Below, piece by piece: positions 54,092 through 64,000 of a stretch of 64,000 bases of DNA. The notes beneath the pieces are model-generated. The model made no database searches and was not told the DNA's origin. It saw only the letters and a program-made list of their open reading frames with translations. Source of the DNA: Octopus vulgaris (lineage: Eukaryota); NCBI GenBank assembly GCA_951406725.2, contig OX597825.1, positions 25,668,001 to 25,732,000 on the forward strand, read 5' to 3'. The stretch's first letter is position 1. Every line of letters begins with the position of its first letter. The position numbers and the translations under genes are program-made.

Positions 54092-56112
54092 ATGGCTCCT
54101 AAGAACTTTCATAGAGAAAGTGCTAAGCATCATATTATAACGCTGGAATATAAACTAGCTGTGATTAAAGGCCATGAAAAAGGTGAAAAAGTGGTCGCAA
54201 ATGCACGACTTTTTGGGATGAGTCAGACAACTGTATCGATGATTATACATGATAAGGACAAGATTTTAGGCCATAGCAAATGTGAAGCCTCAGGGATGAA
54301 GAAGACCGTCATCAGTAAAAAAAGAAGCAAATATCTTTGAAGAAATGGAAAGTCGTCTTCTTTCTCTTTGGATTGTTAGGTTGAATCATCAAGAAATCAT
54401 TCGAGAGAAAGTGTATAACATTGAAAGCAAGTCAGGGATGGTTCATGAGATTTGAGGAACGACGTTATCACTCAATTAAGAAGCAAGGTGAAAGTGCATC
54501 AGCTGACGAATAAGCAGCAGCGGAATTTCCTAATGCATTAAAGAAAATCATCGATGAAAAAGGGTTTCTTCCCGAATAGACTTTTAACGTAGAAAAATCT
54601 GGATTTTATTGGAAAACATTGCCACACCGTTCATTCATTTCTAAGAATGAGAAAACTATTCCATGCTACAAGGTCTGAACGGAATGTTTGACCATTATGT
54701 TGGGAGGTAATTGTGGAGGAGATTTTAAGTTAAAGCCATTGCCTGTGTATCATGCACACAACTCCCGTGCCTTGAAGAACATATTCAATGCATCTTCCCT
54801 GTTATATGGATAGCTAATTCAAAAGCATGGTTACTGTTGTTGTTTTTGAAGATTAGTTCTTCAATCATTTTATTTCAGCAGGAGAGAAGTACTGTAAGGA
54901 GGTGGGAATTTCTATTAATGTTTTACTTATCGTAGATAATGCGCCTGGCCACCCGCAAAACATCAAAGATTTTGACCCCAACGTTACCGTCGCATATCTT
55001 CCTCAGAACACCACGTCTCTTCTGCAGCCAACAGATCATAGGATAATTGCTATCTTCAAACGTTACTATATGAAGTTTACGCTGCGGCAAGTAATAGCTG
55101 CTATTGATCTTGATGAGTTTATCACACTTTGTGACTTATGAAAGCGATACGATATCTACAAGGCTGCACAGAACATATCAGCGCATAGAATGATGTACAG
55201 AGAACGGCTATGAATAGTGTATGGGAGAAGCTTTGCCTGCAATTCGTGAATGATTTCAAGGGGTTTGAAAATGTTGCCATCAACAGAACGTTCATGGCTG
55301 AGCAAAGAACTGGAAATAGATTTGGAAGAGGAAGATTTCGCAGATTTATTTGAAAAAGACAAGTAACCCCTGACGAAAGAGGGTTTGATAGAGCTTTACG
55401 AGCAGCAAAATAAAGAAGAAGAGGAAGTCGAACCTGAGCCACGTCACTTTACCATTAAGAAAATGCAGCAAGCATTTGCATATATCGAAAGAGGTCTTAC
55501 TATGTTTGCGGATATGGAACCAAATGCTCGACGCATTTCAAAGATTATGGGGGCTTGTCACATACGATTTGTTCCTTAAAATGTAATCCTTGAGGAAAAG
55601 AAGACAAAGACAGTTTAAGGAATTCTCAACCGGTCTTTTAAACGCATCGAACAACAAGAATAGCCAGAGTCAGCCGTTGATGTTGACGATCCATCTACAT
55701 CCGCGATGTAAAACACCAAATACTTTAGTTTTTTTTACTATTGCCACTAATAATAATAATTACTGAATATGTTTTTTAAGCTTACAAAAAGCTTTTATTT
55801 GACTATGTCTTATTGCAAAAGGCATTCATAAATAAAGCGTCCGCAAAGTACGGTAAACACTGTCAAATTGTATTAGTAAATTTAGATTACATTTTTTTAA
55901 TGTACTGTATGAAAAAAAATTGTTTGTAAGCTTAAAATAGGTTTATATTAACCATGTATTATCGAAAATGCATTCATAGAGACACTACAGACTTGGGCAT
56001 GGCTATTATCGGTTTAGCCGAAAGACAAGTAATTTCGACTTAGCCTAGCCTAGAGGGAAGATAATTTAAATCAAGTAGGAACCAGTTAACGATGTGGGGT
56101 GAGGTATGCCTG
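54092..56112 (+). mobile_element. Tigger/pogo (CENP-B-like) transposon, decayed transposase and right TIR
   Basis: ITLEYKLAVIK..EKGE HTH, KASQGWFMRF, VLLIVDNAPGHP, YLPQNTTSLLQPTD, with many stops and frameshifts; right end GAGGTATGCCTG|TA; left TIR not found. Confidence 0.88.
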
Positions 56113-56125
56113 TATAAACATATGG

Positions 56126-56156
<31 letters not shown>

Positions 56157-56349
56157 TCTTTTTATATCAATACTATTTTTCTTTATAGGTCATGACTGAA
56201 TCATGCCTGAATAAATATTGAAGTACTAATAATATGGCCTCATAAAAAACTCCAGTTAAAAGTGCGAGTGAAAAAGTATATAAACTGATCAGAATAACTC
56301 ATGATATCCCATCCAAAAGAACAAATATTTTCTACCATGAAATTATAAT

Positions 56350-56444
<95 letters not shown>

Positions 56445-56477
56445 GTGTGTATGCGTGAGTGTGTGTGCGTGTGTGCT

Positions 56478-56527
<50 letters not shown>

Positions 56528-56924
56528 TACACGTATCTATGTATAAATGTAATTATATGTATATATGTGTATACATATATAAATTTATATATATAAGTAT
56601 GCATATATTTGTATATATATATGTATATCTATATATATGCATATATATATATATATATATATTTATATGTACATATATGTATAGATATGCGTGTATATAT
56701 ATATCTATATATATGTATATATGTATATACATATATATGCGTATGTATATATATATATGTATATGTAGATATATGTGTATATATATGTATATATATGTAT
56801 ATGTATATGCGTATATATGTACATGCATATATGTATTTATATATATTTTTATATGTGTGTATATATATGTATATATATTTATTATATCTATATATATGTA
56901 TATATGTATATACATATATATGCG

Positions 56925-56990
<66 letters not shown>

Positions 56991-57117
56991 TTGTTAAATA
57001 ATGATACAACAATAAGTTTTGTAATGTAAGCAACGCAGCAAATCCTCATTGGCTTTTCTGAGTATGAGAACAACAATGATCATCACTGTAGTCATAATAG
57101 TTTTGATTGTGTAAGAC

Positions 57118-57359
<242 letters not shown>

Positions 57360-57463
57360 CTAGTGATATTTAAACTCGATCCGTGTTTACAAAGACCTTG
57401 TTTATTACGTATTTTGTACTTTTACATTTATGAGATTACAGACTACATGAACATATTGCCTTT

Positions 57464-57503
<40 letters not shown>

Positions 57504-57586
57504 AACATATGTATATATATATTAATATACATATATATATATTGATACATATGTATATATATATATACATGCGCACACAAGGCATG

Positions 57587-57621
<35 letters not shown>

Positions 57622-58346
57622 TCAAGCATGCACGCGCTCACGTATTTATAAAAATATATAAACGCAACAGACAAACACACGCACACATATGTACAAGTAA
57701 ATTGATGTAGATATAAATGTATGCTTATATATATTATTTTTATGTATATGAATTTTACCATGTATATATATGTATATATATGTGCGTGTATATATATATA
57801 TATATATATATGTATACTCACACAAACTCACACACACACACATATATATATATATAAGTATAATTACATACACATACAAAACCGTATACACCAAACTTAC
57901 ACTCGCGCATTCATCGTTGAAAAATATTGGTAGAGAATGCAGTAAATATACTTGTAAATTACATTGTGAAAAATCGTCAGGGATTTCAAACTCCAAATTT
58001 AATACGTGATGTCGTTTGCTAACATGAACATTTCGCAATATATAAGAATGGAACCAATTTTTATATTCTCCATGATGGCTGATATTAAATCAGAGTAGAT
58101 TTACTATACTAAAATGCTGTAGGATTACCGAATATATATGGTATCTATTTCGAGGGAATAGTTATTCTGTAAGGCAAAATAGTATTCTAGAAATGTAATG
58201 TGCAGCAAATTCTCATAACATTCACCTATACACTTTTGCATATTATAGAGATGCATGCATTACAAATGCATGCATACTCACGCATATGCGAACATGAACA
58301 TAAATATTAAAATATATAAGCTAAAAAGTAAACCCGTATACATACA

Positions 58347-58426
<80 letters not shown>

Positions 58427-59179
58427 TATATATATCGTATAAAGCTGACCTGCAGCTAAGCAACACGTACAGACATCTATACAAATAGATAGATATATAA
58501 AATGTGCGTTCGTGTAGGTTTGGCATTACTGTAATGAATATATGACACGTAATATACGCCTAAGGTATATGTATATCTATATAAATGCGGATAGCAAATC
58601 AAATTTTTATAGAATTCTTTCATTTTAGGTAAAGTGAGGTAGAAAATGTTACCTTCAATTACTATGTACTATTCTTCACTTTTCGAGATTGGATTTTTAA
58701 CTTTGTATATGCTGCTTAAAGTATTAGCAATTGTTCTATTTTATCTATCTAATCCCTCGGTTTTTGTCTATCTGTATATACATATGCATAATAATCCTTT
58801 CTACTGGAAGCGCAAGGCCTCAAATTTAGAGGAAGGGATTAAGTCGATTACGTCTATTTAATTGACTCCGAGAAGATGAAGGGCAAATCTCTCATTAATC
58901 TTTCAGTAGTCTTTCATAATCTCACCTCTAGCATGTTACCTTCTATTTGTATTGACAACTGCCTCTTTTATAGCAGATGGAAATAATTTATGTAAACGAT
59001 ATAAGTGATAATAGTTTTAGTCAATTTATTGCTCCGAACACAATGTAAGGAATCCATACGATATTATGAAGTCCTTGAATAAGTATTATACAAATTAGAA
59101 CATATACATGAATTTAGTAACATACATATACATAGTCTCACACACACACACACGCACTTATATGTATATATATAAATAC

Positions 59180-59223
<44 letters not shown>

Positions 59224-60110
59224 ACATATGTATACACATGTACGCCCACTCACATACAATGACATTCTTGCGCACGCTTACTCACACATATCACACACAC
59301 ATTCTACTGTAAGACAGATATATTTAGCAGAACTCCGCCCTCCAAAAACCTGCAGAACATAATTATCTACAGTTCATAATTGACTAGTAATTAGTTGAAA
59401 TCGTACTATAACTATCAGATAAATTATAATTTATTATTGTAATTATTGCGATTACTATATTCTTAATTAGAATTTATCTCTACTTGTCTCCACCTGAGAA
59501 ATCACGCTTCGCAGACATTCCCATTGCTTATTAGATGATTTTAAATACTCTTTTATTTTAAATATCTGTCATACGATGGGGTATATATCGAATTAGCATG
59601 TACCTCCAATACTTATTTACTTATCGTCACTATTTTTGATAATTCTAGATTTTCAGAACACTTTTATAGACAATGCCAACAGTATCATATTACTTAACGG
59701 TATATATCGCCAACTTTCCTAACAATCAATTAATTTGCAGTATCTCACCATGTATTATTACGTTGGATTAAATACGATCTTACAAACCGTCTGAGTCAAA
59801 ATCAAATCATGATATATAGATGTAGTTAACACTTACGCGATATTGTGTTATTGTATTTCATATTCATGCAGGGGAAAAGCGATACCTATATAGAAATATA
59901 TATATGCATTTTATATATACACGCAAACATATATATATGTGTGAGTATGTGTGTGTATGTATATATATGTGTGTGTATGCATATATATATATGTGTATAT
60001 ATGTGTATATATATATGCATATGTATGTGTGCATGTATGTATGTATATATATAGACATACAAAACAAATGGTTATAACGGAAAATGGAATATAGGAGAAA
60101 CTGCATTCCT

Positions 60111-60212
60111 CACTACGATCATTTCGACCCATCCTGCATCGATCCTTTGCGGGTGGCATGCTGTACAACCGGTTGTGGTGCATTCCTCGGTGCAGAGATG
60201 CCTCATCAGGGG
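60111..60212 (-). ncRNA. Hammerhead candidate with large branched stem II, in an about 440-bp insert between TA tracts
   Basis: Minus strand CUGAUGA-GGC AUC U CUGCA...UGCAG GAU GG GUC-GAAA-UGAUCG-UA; stem I weak. Confidence 0.55.
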
Positions 60213-60488
60213 ATTTTACAATGGGCGTCTCGTTAAATAAACCCGGTTTAACTCGGGTTTCATACAGCATATTTTTGGTGAAAGTAGGTTTAAACCCTTT
60301 ATTGTGAGCAATAAAGCTTCTCGAATATTCCATTTTTTTCTATATCATTTGTTATATACTCGAAGAACGCTGAAGAATTGCAGGGGTAGATCCAGCGATA
60401 ATTGACAGTGGATGACGTCAAGTAGCCATAGACAGTGAACGTGCTTCACCGGGTAACTACCAGGTACCCGATGCATAGATAATTCCAT

Positions 60489-60844
<356 letters not shown>

Positions 60845-61626
60845 TAAATACATACATACAGAAATGTGTATAATAGTAGGAATGGCTCTTTTTTCTATGT
60901 GCATCCGTTTATGAAGCTGTGAGAAATAGGCCTAACAACATGCAATCCTACATTACTACATTGTATGGACTACATTCTCATCAGAAGATACATTTACTTT
61001 TTATCCGTTTAACGTTGAAAAAGCCGTTAAGAAACGATATTCGTTTTGAAATGAATTATTACTGTAAATATGTGAAAAAGTTACGACTTATTTCATCACA
61101 CATCTGTTTACATCATCGTTACCTTGTTGACAATTGCTAACATATTTGTAATGCGACAGTTGGAGATGAAATTGTTCACCAGTTATAAAATCTAATTGTT
61201 CAAGTCCCATTTCCATAATTTCAGGACATTTCATTGTCAATATTTTATTCAATGATCCTGTAAGTAAGCGGTATAAGAAAGCAGTAAGCATCACCTACGT
61301 AATCTGCTGTAGTTTTCTTACATAGCCATGAGGTTGGCTGTTACTTAACATAAAGTTAGAAATTTACATAAAGGTTATGTGTCGTCTGCCTGTGCTTATC
61401 TATATGTCAAAGCGTGAGAAACCAACAAAAGATATGGAATCTGAAGCCGTAGCTAGTTGTCTCCATAATAATCACGACCAGTTGTCAAATGAAAATTGAA
61501 GAGATTTTGTTCAATAGGATTTTAGTTGATTGCTACAGTTCCATCGAAATAATTTCAAAGTACTATGAATGTGTTACCGTATAAAGTTTAAGCTGCATTG
61601 TACACATATTCCATTTTGATACAATA

Positions 61627-61991
61627 GGCGCAGATGTGGCTGTGCAGCAAGAAACTTTCGTCGTAATCACATGATTCTGGGTTCAGTCTCTCTCCTTGGC
61701 ACCCTTAGATAAGTGTCTTTTATATCTTCGGGTTGACCAAAGCCTCTCGAGTGGATTTGGTAGACCGAAATTGAAAGAAGCCTGTCGTGTATATATATAT
61801 ATAAGGAGAGTTCGCGAAAAAACAAAAGATGAAGACATGTGGTGTAGAAAACAAACAGATGTATTAGTATAACGCTCAGGAATTGAAAAAGTCTTTTACG
61901 TTTCGAGCCTACGCTCTTCTACAGAAAGGGACACAGAAAAAACAAGGAGAGAAAAAAATTGTGTGTAGTGGCTACCGATCTATATATATAT

Positions 61992-62031
<40 letters not shown>

Positions 62032-62205
62032 ATGTCCCCGCGTCACTCGTAACAAGCGATTCAGCAAAGGAGGACGCTAGAATAAGTACCGGGCTTTAAA
62101 AAGTAAGTACTGGAGCCGATTCACTCGACTAAAATTTCTTCAAGGCGGTGCTCTAGAATGGCCGCGATTTAATGACTGGGAAATATAAAATTAAAAGATA
62201 AAAGA
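61627..62205 (+). mobile_element. Family B SINE with a family F element (61803-61981, minus) nested in its internal TA tract
   Basis: B head 61627-61790, F insert with CUUU-CUGUAGA-A-GAGC GUAG GCUC-GAAA-CG-UA-AAAG on minus, B tail to 62205. Confidence 0.82.
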
Positions 62206-62277
62206 GGATTAAAATGAAGAAAATAAGCACATTAAATATTGCTGGCAAATTGTGTCACATGACCAACCAATTTAGGA

Positions 62278-62443
62278 GAAGGGGTAAGTCGATGCCATCG
62301 ACTGGTACTTATTTTAACGATCCCCGGAAAGTTGAAAGACAAAGTCGACGTTAGTGGTATTTGAACTCAGAACGTAAATACGGTCAAAATGGCGCTAAGC
62401 ATTTTGTCTGGTGTGCTAACGAATCTATTTGCTCGCTGCTTTA
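62278..62443 (-). mobile_element. SINE family C, diverged
   Basis: ACTGGTACTTATTTTA.CGA...TTTGAACTCAGAACGTAAA. Confidence 0.7.
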
Positions 62444-63439
62444 AACACCGATAAATACTAAATATGTATTCAAATCACTAGCTCTTTATCAACTCACAAG
62501 AATCCATAGGATTGTAGTTTATCTATAGATTCCATCATATTAATCTGTAAGGTAAACATATCGCAACAGAGCAAATTAGCCTATCGCAAAACGTTTCATC
62601 TGAATTCAACTTAACGCTGAAATCTGAGAAAACAAACCAGTATTGTGTCAGAGAAATAAAGTCGCTGACAAATAGATAGATATACAGATAGAGATAGATA
62701 GAGAGAGAGGCAAAGAAAACGCGAGAGCAAAAGAGAGAGAGAGAGGCAAATGGAAAGTGGGAGAGAGAGAGAGAGATACAGAGTTTTCTAGAGTTAAGTA
62801 CCTTATCGTGTAATACTGCTTACACGACAGGGACATTTGAAATATTGCTTTGCATCTAATTGCATTAGCGAATCAGTCATTTGTGCCCTCACTTGCGTCA
62901 GTGAACTGAGTTTAAGCTAATGCATTTACAATAATTGGCTTTGGATTTTGTGTAAAGCCATATAATATTCATGTACAAAAACACAATCTGATTATAGTCT
63001 CTATAAATAGCCAGACGAAATGTTTTATGACAGTTGCAATCTCAGCGTTAAGCTGAAATCCTGCCCACGCTAATTGCGATTACCCATGTACGTACGTACA
63101 TACGCATGTATATAATTATGCATGTATGTATGTATGTATGTATGTATGTATGTATGTATGTATGTATGTATGTATGTATGTCGTGTGTTTGTGTGTTTGT
63201 GTATGCGTGTATACTCTTATGTGTGTGTTTATGTGTGTGCATACGCGATGCATTCCCGTGATTTTGAATATTTTTTTAACAAGAAGCGGTCATAACTTAA
63301 ATATATCACTACTAGACATATAATAGTCTGACTGATCAGCTTCTGATATTCTAGATTAAAGGAGATAACTTTAACACTACTTTGAACGCAGCCTCTTAAA
63401 CCCTTCTTACCACTGATGACTCTTTTGCTGAACGCAGTC

Positions 63440-63960
63440 GGGTCGAGAAGACAATTTGGAAGTTCGTGTGTTGTGTTAAATTGGGCAAAATCGCCACCAA
63501 AACTAATGCTCCAGATGCCAACGGATTAAAATGCATAAGCTGAACATCAGTTTTTTTAGCTGATATAAACAAGTCAACAGGGAGGCTCATGAAGACGTTA
63601 TTTTTTGACAGCAAGAGCATCATCTACATCTACAAGTGGGTTTCCTCTGATCAGACGTTCAACAGAGAGTAATTCGTGGAGGTTTTGAGAGAGTTTAGAA
63701 ATAGGCTGCAGCTCCTGTACCACTCCACAATTCTCGACTGGTAACCAACAACTTCACAGAAATGGGTATCAAAAGTATCCCTCACCCTATCTGGAGTACA
63801 AACCTCAGCTCCCTGAGAGTTTTGGTTGTTTCCTGGGCTGAAGGAGAATATGAAAGAAACTGCGAGAAGCGTTCTCAAATCATTGACTTTTGAAGACTTC
63901 CGTGAGGCCTACAGCGAGTGGCTGCAGTTCTGCAACAAATGCCTTGAAATCACAGGACCC
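63440..63960 (+). pseudogene. Highly decayed mariner transposase
   Basis: CVKLGKIATKT N-terminus; EMGIKSIPHP and FWLFPGLKENMK C-terminal motifs across frameshifts. Confidence 0.6.
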
Positions 63961-64000
63961 TAGAAAGAGTGAGATTAAAGCTTTTGACATCCTTGCTGTT

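Overview
AT-rich, microsatellite-saturated, repeat-dominated eukaryotic DNA. The tRNA-headed SINE families and dense (TA)n/(CA)n/(TATG)n/(TCTA)n tracts suggest a cephalopod, probably Octopus (inference). No host protein-coding exon could be supported, and most ORFs in the track are microsatellite translations. Recognisable content: four SINE families (called A-D here), decayed Tc1/mariner (DD34D-type and DD41D) and Tigger/pogo transposons, a 1-kb TIR element with 8-bp TSD, a LINE ORF1 with CCHC knuckle, L1/Tx1, CR1 and Gypsy remnants, and a Helitron 3' end. The main signal is about 8 unrelated short non-coding elements, mostly in or next to (TA)n, each carrying a type I hammerhead ribozyme (HHR) fold with a palindromic stem III, and often arranged as long inverted repeats. 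This is the architecture of Penelope-like element (PLE) pseudo-LTRs and retrozymes. It includes a near-perfect 586-bp x 5.2 tandem array with one HHR per unit, a 300-bp-arm hairpin, a 584-bp-arm palindrome holding two HHR families, and several non-canonical cores (U3-A8, C4, U6). All folds were read by eye and none was computed.
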